Shown here piece by piece: positions 1-9,000 of a stretch of DNA of 41,513 nt. How positions within the stretch are numbered: position 1 is the stretch's first letter; every line of letters begins with the position of its first letter. The notes beneath the pieces are model-generated. The model was given only the letters and a program-made list of their open reading frames with translations, made no database searches and was not told where the DNA came from. The position numbers and the translations under genes were made by a program. Where the stretch lies: the NCBI GenBank assembly GCA_028824575.1, contig JAPPDN010000059.1:1-41513 (forward strand), read 5' to 3'. The DNA comes from Candidatus Poribacteria bacterium. GTDB taxonomy: Bacteria; Poribacteria; WGA-4E; WGA-3G.

Positions 1-520
1 TCCTGACAGGAGTTAGTCACGTTGGTGCCAACGGAAATAACGTATGGCATTGGCGTCTTAACTTTAACTTCGGTTACTATTTTTAGTATGATCATACCCT
101 AATCGTGTGTGCAATTTTGGCGTGTTATATTGACTGTGGTAGCAATACGGAAGTCGGAGAAGATACTCCGTTAGAGATAGTCAACATCGCTTGTGATGGT
201 GACACTATCATGGTTGAGGTCAACAGGCAACGGCAACCTTTAGACGACTATATTTAGCCAATCCTATTCTTAGTCAAGAACCTTCGCTATATACACAGAG
301 GGACAATTTGATACTTATTCCTTACCCTAAAACAAGTGTCAACATTAACGCTTTCTACATAGAATGGTCTTCAGGAAACCATTCTTTCTCTAATCCATGC
401 CGTTAGTGGGCTCTCGGCAAGTTCCGACGTATGTAGGTCGTGCCTATTTCCTACCCCAGACGGTTCTCACTGACTGTCGTCCGCTGATGGGTAGCAGCTA
501 TTCTTAAGGAGAATTTTGAA

Positions 521-2044
521 ATGCGCGAAGAAGTCAAACACCTCCAGAACGACACCAAAATATTTGGACTGACCCCGGTTTTTCTCATTTCCTCAATCGC
601 CATCGTTATTTTTGTCGTCGGGTCCCTCGTGTTTCGGGAAGGTGCAACAACCCTTTTCGGGGCGACCCGCAAATGGCTCACCACAAACTTCGACTGGTGG
701 TTTATGGACATTGTCAATCTCCTTGTGGTGTTCTGTCTCTTTCTGATTGTCTCCCCATTGGGCAAGGTCCGTCTCGGCGGACGGGATGCCGTCCCTGAAT
801 ACTCCAACCTCACTTGGTTCGCCATGCTTTTTGCAGCCGGTATCGGTATTGGGCTCCTATTCTTCGGTGTCCTGGAACCCGTCCAACACTTTATGAGTCC
901 GCCGCTCGGCGGTGAAGCAAAAACCGATACAGCTATCGGTATCGCAGCAACGACATTTCACTGGGGTGTACACGGCTGGGCGGTCTATGGTGTCGTCGGA
1001 CTCGCTCTGGCGTTCTTCACCTATAACCGGGGCTTGCCGCTGACGATCCGATCGGCGTTCTATCCGCTTCTCGGAGAACGCGTTTGGGGCTGGCAGGGTC
1101 ATGTTATTGATACCCTCGCTGTCTTCGCAAGTTTGTTCGGACTTGCGACATCGCTCGGCTTCGGTGCGCAGCAGGTGACAGCGGGATTGAACTACCTCTT
1201 TAAGGTTCCCGCGACCAACACCACCATGGTTGTGCTGATTATGGTCATAACCGCTGCTGCACTCGTCTCCGTGTTGACAGGACTGAATGTCGGTATCAAA
1301 CGTCTCAGCCAGTTCAATGTGATCTTAGCGTTTTTGCTCCTGCTCTTCATCATCGTTGTTGGACCGAAAATCGCAATCCTCAAAGGTATATTCACTGGCT
1401 TGAGTGCCTATATCTCGAAAATAAGACCCTTGAGCAACTGGGTCGGGCGTGAAGATACAGGGTTTCTGCACGGGTGGACGACGTTCTATTGGGCGTGGTG
1501 GATCGCATGGGCACCCTTCGTCGGCACATTTATTGCCCGAATTTCAAAGGGACGCACGGTTCGCGAGTTCATCATCGGCGTGCTCCTCTTACCCACACTG
1601 CTATGCTTAATCTGGTTTTCTGCTTTTGGTGGCACCGCCCTTGACCAGTTCATGAACGATGGCTACACAGGGGTGACCGAAACGGTTGAAGCGTATAAGC
1701 CGGAACTCTCGCTGTTCAAAATGCTTGACAAACTGCCGATGACAACACTTGTCTCCTCCATTGCAATGTTGCTGACGATTATCTTTTTCGTGACCTCATC
1801 GGACTCGGGTTCCCTTGTGATTGATACTATCACAGCGGGTGGTAAGCTCGACGCACCCGTCTCTCATCGAGTGTTCTGGTGCACCGCTGAGGGGGCTGTT
1901 GCTATCGTGCTACTCCTTGGCGGCGGATTAAGTTCGTTACAGGCAGCCTCCTTGGTGACAGGTTTCCCGTTCGCGGTGATCCTCTTAGGAATGGCAGTTT
2001 GCATCTATATCGGACTCCATAGGGAATCGCGGGAATCACATTGA
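521..2044 (+). CDS. BCCT-family (betaine/carnitine/choline-type) osmolyte transporter
   Basis: 507-aa polytopic membrane ORF with BCCT-signature-like segment WTTFYWAWWIAWAPFVGTFIARISKGRTVREFI; AAGGAG about 9 nt upstream of the ATG. Confidence 0.9.
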   Translation: MREEVKHLQNDTKIFGLTPVFLISSIAIVIFVVGSLVFREGATTLFGATRKWLTTNFDWWFMDIVNLLVVFCLFLIVSPLGKVRLGGRDAVPEYSNLTWFAMLFAAGIGIGLLFFGVLEPVQHFMSPPLGGEAKTDTAIGIAATTFHWGVHGWAVYGVVGLALAFFTYNRGLPLTIRSAFYPLLGERVWGWQGHVIDTLAVFASLFGLATSLGFGAQQVTAGLNYLFKVPATNTTMVVLIMVITAAALVSVLTGLNVGIKRLSQFNVILAFLLLLFIIVVGPKIAILKGIFTGLSAYISKIRPLSNWVGREDTGFLHGWTTFYWAWWIAWAPFVGTFIARISKGRTVREFIIGVLLLPTLLCLIWFSAFGGTALDQFMNDGYTGVTETVEAYKPELSLFKMLDKLPMTTLVSSIAMLLTIIFFVTSSDSGSLVIDTITAGGKLDAPVSHRVFWCTAEGAVAIVLLLGGGLSSLQAASLVTGFPFAVILLGMAVCIYIGLHRESRESH

Positions 2045-2305
2045 TTGGCTAATTGCATTCGGCGGGACTGTAGAGTGAGATCCGGTTTGAATCGTCAATT
2101 CTATGCCTGGTGCGGCATCTGGATAGTTTCAACGTGGGAAGCTCTTGAAAAGCATTTCATGGAACGCAGTGCCTTGAAACTCTGTAATAAACCGTGACTG
2201 CCAACAGGCAGGTAAAGTTTGAAAGGTGAGTTTATATCGTGACATTCTCACGTAAACCCCAAAATGATACCTTTTTTACTTTGAAATCGAATCAATAACC
2301 ATGGA

Positions 2306-2950
2306 ATGATGTGCATAGCATCTGTTGTGCATGCAGCAACAACCCACGCCATTGACACTTTGGGATCTGAATATGGAAGGAGAACAACTGCGGATATGGA
2401 TGTCTTTTGGGTCGTTTTTGTGATTGTAACCTTCGTTGTGATTGCTATCCTAAAGGCCATCTTGGCACAACCCGAAGAAAAACGGGACAAGCTGAAGGCA
2501 ATACGGATACCTTCAAGAAGCGGACAGAGACAAACGGCATCTCAAACAAAGGCAAAGCGATTACGACAAGAGCGATCCCCACTACAGTCTAAAATCCTTG
2601 AAAAAGGATATCCTGCTTTTTCAGAGCTTCCACCGCCGATACCAGAATATGTCTCGGATCCATTTGATTATCACGCAGCATGGTGGAAGGCCTACTCAAC
2701 ATGGTACAGAAACGAAAAGGGGTGGACGTGCGAGATATGCCAGATCTCTTTGAACGATGACCGGTATTATCTGCATACCCATCATGTCTGGGGCACGCAG
2801 TTTAACGATCCCGAAGATTTGATGGCACTCTGTATCGCCTGCCATTCAGAACAGCCAGGCGGTCATCACAGTCAACTGAAAGCGAATCAAGCATATCACG
2901 ATTTCATGACGAAATACGGTAAACAGTGGCGATTCCGCCGGTACCATTAA
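2306..2950 (+). CDS. membrane-anchored HNH endonuclease-domain protein
   Basis: C-terminal CEIC...HTHH...N...CIACH pattern typical of HNH nucleases; hydrophobic helix VFWVVFVIVTFVVIAILKAIL near the N-terminus; start uncertain (ATG 2306 or 2396). Confidence 0.6.
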   Translation: MMCIASVVHAATTHAIDTLGSEYGRRTTADMDVFWVVFVIVTFVVIAILKAILAQPEEKRDKLKAIRIPSRSGQRQTASQTKAKRLRQERSPLQSKILEKGYPAFSELPPPIPEYVSDPFDYHAAWWKAYSTWYRNEKGWTCEICQISLNDDRYYLHTHHVWGTQFNDPEDLMALCIACHSEQPGGHHSQLKANQAYHDFMTKYGKQWRFRRYH

Positions 2951-3437
2951 GAACGTGGGTGGATTATGATACCTCTACATTAGTCCAGCTGCGATAGTAG
3001 AAACGCTAACGTGAGAAGCACGAGAAAATGGCGCACTCCTAAGAACACAGGCGAAGTTAGAATTAGTAATAATGCTAACGTTCAAAAGTGGAGCGTCCGA
3101 CAAGACTCACAGGGGTAACGGTTTCCTTGAGCGAAACGCAATGGTTGTAGTGCTATAGGGTGTAATTCCTCTTTATTACATCAATTGTGAACCTGAGTAT
3201 TTTCACAAACTGGAACAAATAGCACAAGGCACAATCTGTGTTTATGAAATCTCTTTACAGGAAGTTAGACAGAACCTAAACCGGCTCAAGAAGTCTGCAA
3301 GGTTGAGGAGATTAGGTAGTCTCTTATGAGACGAGCATAATCAGGTTTACTGCTTTGAAATACTTACAGACACCGTATCTCTATGGAGAAAATCACGCGT
3401 GCGTGTCTCCTTCGGATGGAAGAAGTAAAAGAAAATA

Positions 3438-3512
3438 GGTCCGTGTGCGGTGAAAGTCGTACGCACGGTTTGGAAGGGGTTGTAGAGGGGCGATCCTCTA
3501 CGACTACCTTAC
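3438..3512 (+). mobile_element. group II intron 3'-terminal fragment (domains V and VI), probably decayed
   Basis: 3441-3468 CCGTGTGCGGTGAAAGTCGTACGCACGG follows the domain V layout (lower stem, GCGGT/GTCGT upper stem, GAAA tetraloop, AC bulge). 3473-3512 folds as domain VI (GTAGAGG/CCTCTAC) with a bulged A 7 nt before a terminal AC. No GUGYG 5' end or reverse transcriptase is recognisable upstream, and the AGC triad position reads GTC. Confidence 0.5.
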
Positions 3513-3544
3513 AAAAAACTATTGACGGAGTTGGACTAATCCTT

Positions 3545-3838
3545 TTTATCTATATCTATGAGCATCTTGACGCTGCGATTGACGTTATTAACAAGAAACC
3601 GAAGCCGTTGGCACTTTATGTTTTTGGCAACAATCGCAGAAAGATTGACAAGATCAGGCATCAGACCTCAAGCGAGGGGGGAACCATCAATGATCTCTTG
3701 ATGCACGTCAATGCCAAGGAAATGGGTTTTGGTGAGGTCGGTTATAGCGGTATGGGACGTTACAAAGGTGGATTCATCACATTGCCGATACGCCCTCCGA
3801 GTGAAAGACAATGGTGGAGGTGGTCGTGGGGACTTTAG
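3545..3838 (+). pseudogene. aldehyde dehydrogenase C-terminal remnant
   Basis: ORF 3383-3838 is chimeric. Residues ~55-135 (HLDAAIDVINKKPKPLALYVFGNN...TSSEGGTINDLLMH...GFGEVGYSGMGRYKGGF) resemble the last ~90 aa of ALDH with degraded motifs. The N-terminal 350+ aa are absent. Confidence 0.5.
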
Positions 3839-3841
3839 AGC

Positions 3842-4270
3842 ATGAGAAAAAATAGCACGCTGCTGTTTCAGCATATTTTATGCATTTTCTGTTTACTTGG
3901 GGTCTTGTTGAGCTGGGGGTGCCATCGGTCAGGAACTCCCCAGGAGAGCCGTCAAGCAGAGATCAATCAGATCATCCAAAAGACGAACGCTATAAACGCA
4001 AAGATAGAGATGTATCGGGAAAGAGCTTTGGAACACGATCGGAAACTCAATGCGTATCGTCAAGAGATGAAACAGCTTCGCGCAGACCTTGGCTCCGAGA
4101 CGGGTGCCGCGAGAAAAGATCGTAAATCCGAGATACGAAGACTCAAGTTTTTTGCCAATCACGCTAAGAAAGCGAGAAACGCAGAACGCATACGGATTCA
4201 GGTCTATACCGAAGACGTTAAGGCGTTGGCTGGCGATTTTGATGTCCTTTTCAAGGAAACAACAGAATGA
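3842..4270 (+). CDS. putative lipoprotein with coiled-coil region
   Basis: Signal peptide ending LLSWGC (lipobox-like), followed by a charged helical repeat region; weak RBS. Confidence 0.55.
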   Translation: MRKNSTLLFQHILCIFCLLGVLLSWGCHRSGTPQESRQAEINQIIQKTNAINAKIEMYRERALEHDRKLNAYRQEMKQLRADLGSETGAARKDRKSEIRRLKFFANHAKKARNAERIRIQVYTEDVKALAGDFDVLFKETTE

Positions 4271-4512
4271 ATCATGAAATACGAAGTGAACTCGCAAACA
4301 CTGGCTTGGATATTCTAAAAAAGTCCGTGCTATTGGTGTTATATGAAAGAACAGATACGGGCTATAAAAGATTGCCTCTATCTCCGACTGGGCGCCCCCT
4401 TACACAGGGAAAGATACGGGAATTCCTTCGCATCCGCCGCCCGCATACGCAAATCCAAAGCATCCGCATACCCCGCCAGCAATGTACCACGCCGCACCTG
4501 TATCAGTTTTAG
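4267..4512 (+). CDS. hypothetical protein (doubtful 3' half)
   Basis: ATGA stop/start overlap with 3842-4270. The C-terminal half is Arg-rich, looks like antisense noise and overlaps the minus-strand ORF 4400-4627. Confidence 0.3.
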   Translation: MNHEIRSELANTGLDILKKSVLLVLYERTDTGYKRLPLSPTGRPLTQGKIREFLRIRRPHTQIQSIRIPRQQCTTPHLYQF

Positions 4513-4627
4513 CATCAGAGCGGGCATCCTGTATCGCTGTAGGTGTGTCCAAAACTGTTGCAAATACGATCGGATAGATAAAGATCGTCAGTAATATAGA
4601 ACACATCAAGATTTTTTCTTTTTTCAT
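4400..4627 (-). CDS. small membrane/secreted protein with Gly-zipper-like segment
   Basis: Start MKKEKILMCSILLTIFIYPIVFA preceded by GGAGA; second hydrophobic Gly-rich segment AAWYIAGGVCGCFGFAYAGGG. Confidence 0.45.
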   Translation of the reverse strand: MKKEKILMCSILLTIFIYPIVFATVLDTPTAIQDARSDAKTDTGAAWYIAGGVCGCFGFAYAGGGCEGIPVSFPV

Positions 4628-4643
4628 AGATGTCTCCATAAAT

Positions 4644-4684
4644 AAAACAGGAACATACACCGAAGCGCACACATCCCTGTTTTT
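4644..4684 (-). terminator. hairpin copy of the terminator found at 5983-6022 (orphaned)
   Basis: AAAACAGGAACATACACCGAAGCGCACACATCCCTGTTTT, near-duplicate of the 5983-6022 hairpin; followed at 4694-4735 by a ...LRKRVILK-stop remnant. Confidence 0.4.
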
Positions 4685-4790
4685 AGCGTATGCTTACTTC
4701 AAAATGACCCTCTTACGGAGTATGGCCGTAAAAGGTAGGAAGGATGGAGGTTGCGAATCTTCCACCCTTCCACCCTTCCAATCTTCCGTT

Positions 4791-4910
4791 CTACTTCAGA
4801 ATTAGCATCCTTCGTGTAGCCGTGAAATCATCTGCAGTAAGCCTATAGAAATAGACACCACTCGCAACGCGTTCCCCGTGTGCATTTCGATTACAGGGTA
4901 AGATGACTCT
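4791..4910 (-). pseudogene. remnant of a T9SS-type C-terminal sorting domain
   Basis: Translates to RVILPCNRNAHGERVASGVYFYRLTADDFTATRRMLILK-stop. This is homologous to the end of 6032-10135 (WDGRNASGEQVASGVYFYQLETDEISSLRKMVILK-stop). There is no upstream body, and stops lie immediately 5'. Confidence 0.6.
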
Positions 4911-4954
4911 GGTGATATGAGCCTGTAGGAACTGGTGTTACTTTAGATTAAAAG

Positions 4955-5218
4955 TCAATATAAGAATGTAAAAAAATTCTTACCTGCTTCTAATTCCTCC
5001 AAAAACACCTCCAAAATGTTCCAAGCTTCGTCTACAGAGGTACCTTCCTCAAATTGATGTATGCGTTGCTGCTGTATTGGTAAGCCGTTTTTCGCAATAG
5101 GCATATCAGCGGAACGACAACATAACCATGTAAATCCATCTTCTTCCACAATTACAAGCGACTTGCCGGAAATATCTGTGAGCATACGTTCTTTGCCATT
5201 CCAGGTTTCAATTAACAT
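4955..5218 (-). CDS. hypothetical acidic protein (downstream partner of a coupled pair)
   Basis: 87-aa ORF; its ATG lies inside the last codons of the upstream ORF (AGATGTTAA, 7-nt overlap). Confidence 0.55.
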   Translation of the reverse strand: MLIETWNGKERMLTDISGKSLVIVEEDGFTWLCCRSADMPIAKNGLPIQQQRIHQFEEGTSVDEAWNILEVFLEELEAGKNFFTFLY

Positions 5219-5382
5219 CTAGGTGACCTTCTTTCGTCAAGAAAATTTAGAAGTTCATTTAACAACTCAACTATACGTTCAAGAGCCTCTGCTTGACGAA
5301 GCTCTAAAGATTTCTCTTTTTCCTCTTGTTCCGAAGCCCTTTTCCTTGCTTGTTTACCATACCTGCCTGTTCGTTTATCCAT
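5212..5382 (-). CDS. hypothetical small basic/helical protein (upstream partner)
   Basis: Start taken at MDKRTGRYGKQ (ATG 5382) because GGAGG lies 5 nt upstream; 56 aa with a Lys/Arg-rich N-terminus, then a helical acidic region. Confidence 0.5.
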   Translation of the reverse strand: MDKRTGRYGKQARKRASEQEEKEKSLELRQAEALERIVELLNELLNFLDERRSPRC

Positions 5383-5460
5383 TATTCCTCCGGAATAACT
5401 CATTCAGTGACACCCTCATTAAGTTCAGATACTAGCATAACGTGAGTTTAAAAATAAATT

Positions 5461-5490
5461 CGTAGGTGTTTTTGCTTGGGTATTTCTGCG
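5461..5490. repeat. REP-like element, family 1 (partial copy)
   Basis: CGTAGGTGTTTTTGCTTGGGTATTTCTGCG matches copies at 10511, 11292 and 37453. Confidence 0.6.
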
Positions 5491-5623
5491 GATTTACTCT
5501 AGGTAGACCGGGAACACCCCCGAAAAAAACGCAAAATACCGTAGCGAAACCGGGCATCTCGCTTTTATCAAAAACGAAGAAGATTCACCCCTGAGTTTAA
5601 GGCCGAATTTGTTTGCGAAGTCT

Positions 5624-5908
5624 TCAGTGGTGGCTCTTCACAGCATCGTAATAGATCGTATATCTTACCTGATTATCTCCTTTTTTTCCAATTACATCAA
5701 CATAACTTGAATTTTCCTTATCTGCATGCCCTGTTATTGTTAGTATGCCTTCATCTTGATTCCAAGAATGCGCACCATGACCATATAACGGACCTTCAGC
5801 CCATGCAGTATCAGCATTAGAAATAGGGACTTCTACTATAAAATCTTCCCCAACTGTCCATGTTTGTCGATCTATTGGGGTAATTACTGGTTTGTTTCTA
5901 TTGCTCAT
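5624..5908 (-). CDS. small Ig-like-domain protein (hypothetical)
   Basis: 94-aa ORF; pattern PVITPIDRQTWTVGEDFIVEVPISNA...ILTITG...YVDVIG resembles a single cadherin/He_PIG-like Ig domain; weak RBS. Confidence 0.5.
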   Translation of the reverse strand: MSNRNKPVITPIDRQTWTVGEDFIVEVPISNADTAWAEGPLYGHGAHSWNQDEGILTITGHADKENSSYVDVIGKKGDNQVRYTIYYDAVKSHH

Positions 5909-5982
5909 TTTATAGGTCCCCGTTGGTTGAGATTTGAAGTGCCAACGTTTATTGATACCACAATTTAGCAGTGCCTTTAATT

Positions 5983-6022
5983 AAAAACAGGGACATGCAC
6001 CGAAGCGCACATCCCTGTTTTT
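5983..6022 (-). terminator. rho-independent (bidirectional-type) terminator of the 1367-aa gene
   Basis: Minus strand reads AAAAACAGGGATGTGCGC-TTCG-GTGCATGTCCCTGTTTTT about 10 nt after the stop at 6032; long GC-rich stem, UUCG loop, T-run. Confidence 0.7.
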
Positions 6023-6031
6023 AGCGTATGT

Positions 6032-9000
6032 CTACTTCAGTATGACCATCTTGCGAAGTGACGAAATTTCGTCCGTTTCTAACTGGTAGAAATAGACACC
6101 GCTCGCCACCTGTTCGCCAGAAGCGTTCCGACCGTCCCAATACGCCGCACGCTCGCGATCCGTATAGTAACCAGCCGACTGCTGACCCAACTGCAACGTC
6201 CGGACGACGACACCGTTCGCGGCATAGATCGTGATCCGCACATCCGTATCCGTCGCCAACTCATAGGGTATCCACGTCTCTGGATTGAACGGGTTCGGAT
6301 AGTTCGCAAGCAACTGCGTCCGCTCGGGACGTGCCGTCGCAATGAGTTGCTGCAGATACACCAACGTCTTCAGCGCGTCGGGTGAGCGATCGCCTGACAC
6401 AATCAACAGGTCAATCTGTTCCTGAAGCCGTCCGACCTGCTCGGCAGTCAGTTTCACACCAAAGACCATGGGGGCAGCCGCTGCGCCGTTGTCACGATTG
6501 TCGCGAACCAGGGCGATGTCTTTATCGTTTACCGTGCCATCGCCGTTCACATCATACTGGACGTTGTCTGTCCCGACAGCCAATGAGACTAAAAACAGAT
6601 CGGCATTATCCACCGTGCCACTGCCATCTACATCGTAGTTCGGTTCAGAGGCAGGCTGCGATGGCTTCGTGGAGGGCATCGGTGTTGCGGTGTTCACACC
6701 CCCGATCGCTAAAGCTGTCGGGGTCATCAGACCTGTCACGACATCTTGATACCGAGAGCCTCTCACACCCCGCTGCACCTTGCCCCACCCATTCGTCCAA
6801 TACAACTGCTGATTCGCAGCATCCAGCGCCAGTCCATGCACAGTCGCCGTGACGGTATAGGCATTCGTGATACCCGTGCCATCGAGGTTCGCTGCCCGGA
6901 TTCTGCCACTTCTCGCACCCGTCTGTTCCGTCCAGTAGACTTTGCTACCATCGACAACAATGCCACCGAGCGTCCCAGACCCCGTCACGATGTTCTGAAT
7001 CGCTTTTGTCCCCTGTAACGGGGCAGACCGCACGCGACCGCTGCCATCGGTCCAGTAAATACGGGACCCAGAGACCGCAATACCCAGGGGGGCACCCAAG
7101 TTCGTAAGGAAGTTGGTCTCAAACTGCGTGCCATCTACGTTCATCCGCTGGATTTTGCCCCAGCCGTTGGTGATATACAGTTTCCCATTCGCAAGTGCTA
7201 CCCCTTTCGGCACACTCGTGAGGGTTTTTATGACCGCAGCATCGCTACCGTCGAGGTTCGCATGATGGATAGCACCCCGCGTCTCACTCGTCTGCTCTAT
7301 CCAGTAGAGTTTATCACTACCGACAGCGACATCGGTAGCACTCTCGGCGATCTGTTCAGCACTCGCACCCGCAAGCCGATACAAACCACCCCCCGCTATC
7401 CAATACATCACAGGACGGTTCGCCGCACCGACAACTGCTTTCGCATCGCTCATGCCGGGGGAATCGCCCGCACTCGGGGTCGACACCGTGGAAACTTCTA
7501 TCTCTCCCTTGGTCAGAATGCCGTAAGACACGACACACTCCCCATCACTGACACACGTGTAGACGGTGCCACCGAGCGTGTGCTTGCCGCTGAAGGTCAA
7601 GGTCGCAGCGAGACTGATCGGCATCTTGTCACCGGTCTGATACGTTTTTGCTTCAACTTTCTCAACCGCAGTCGCCGCTATTTCTCCCTTGACGAGCGTG
7701 CCGTAGGAGACGACACACTCCCCAGAACCGACACACGTGTAAGATGTCCCATTCAGGGTCCGGCTCCCTCTGAAGGTCAAGGTATCCTCTAAGCTGATCG
7801 GCACCTTGTCGCCGACCTGATACGTCCGTCCATCAGTTGTGTCGGATGTCTCTCTCGGTGTTGTGCCACCATCGACATCAATGATAAAAGAGACAGACGC
7901 ACTGACACCCGCGGCTTTCGCCTCAACGATGAGGTTACCCCCTAAGGGCGTGACGGACGCACTTGCATAGCCACTTCTATCCGTCTCGGCGACGACTGCG
8001 CGTCCGTTGCCGCGTTGCGACAAGCGTCCCCGTCCAGGTGCCAGCACTCGGAACGTCACTCTGATGCCTGACACACCCCTGTTCGTGGCATCTAAAACGC
8101 GAACCCGAAGCCGTGTGGCTTGGTTGACCGTGCCCTCAAGCTTGCGGGCCCCGTCAATCTCAATGCTATCTGCGACACCCGCAGCACCTGTTTGTGTTGT
8201 CGTTGTCGTTGTGGTGGTCGTCGTATCCGTTGTCGTTTGCGTGCCAGGGGTGAACGACACCTGTGTTGCGTTATAGCCCTCGGCGTTCACTGTCAGGATA
8301 TGGCTACCGGTGGTGAGCCCTATCGGAATAGCACGTCCCGTGCCTGTGGGGAGTATTTCTCCGCCGCCCGCATAGACACCCCCACTCGTGGTGAGCCTAA
8401 ATGCTAAATTGCTCGTAGGTGCAGGACTCGCAGACACGACGACCGTCCCGCCATCTTGCCTGGCAGTCAGGGTGCCGGGGACTGTTACCGTAACAGAGTC
8501 TGACGCAGACGTATACCCTGCAGTCGTGGTCGCGGTGACCGTATATGTGCCAGCAGCACTCGGGAGCGTCCAGGTGCTTGTTAGGGGAGTCGCACCACTT
8601 GGTATCGAAAGCGTCCCACCGTTCGTCGTGAGCGTTGTAAATATGCCGGAGGTGGATGTCGTTCCTGCGGCGAGCGCACTTACTTGAACGGTGCGCGTGT
8701 CCCCGGAGCCTGACAGGGAGATGCCAAGGCGGTTCGGAGTGGTTTGCTGTTGGTTCTGCTGATTTTGGTTCTGGTTCTGTTGCTGATTCGTTGTCCTTGC
8801 CGTTGGAACCGGCTGTCCTTTATACTCAAAAATAATCGTTGCACGGGGGGCAGTACGATCCTCACCCGCAAACCAGACATGAACCTCGTTAGAGCTGTTA
8901 TTCGTGTTAAGATACACGTTGGAACCTTGATGTACTCCTGGTATTAATGAACTTGGTTTTGTCTCCGCCTTTATAAGTGTTCCAACATACAGGGTTCCAC

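Noticed and set aside
1-520. Possible riboswitch, leader or small lipoprotein ORF upstream of the BCCT gene
   Set aside because: I could not recognise a known riboswitch core or a convincing start and signal peptide. It is left unannotated.
451-825. 124-aa minus-strand ORF across the BCCT start
   Set aside because: It is antisense to the well-supported transporter gene and its RBS, and has no independent support.
8190-8240. GTCGTTGTCGTTGTGGTGGTCGTCGT microsatellite-like tract and the CAG/CAA-rich tract at 8740-8800
   Set aside because: Both are in frame in the giant gene and encode poly-Thr and poly-Gln/Asn interdomain linkers. They are low-complexity coding sequence rather than separate repeat elements, although length variation is possible.
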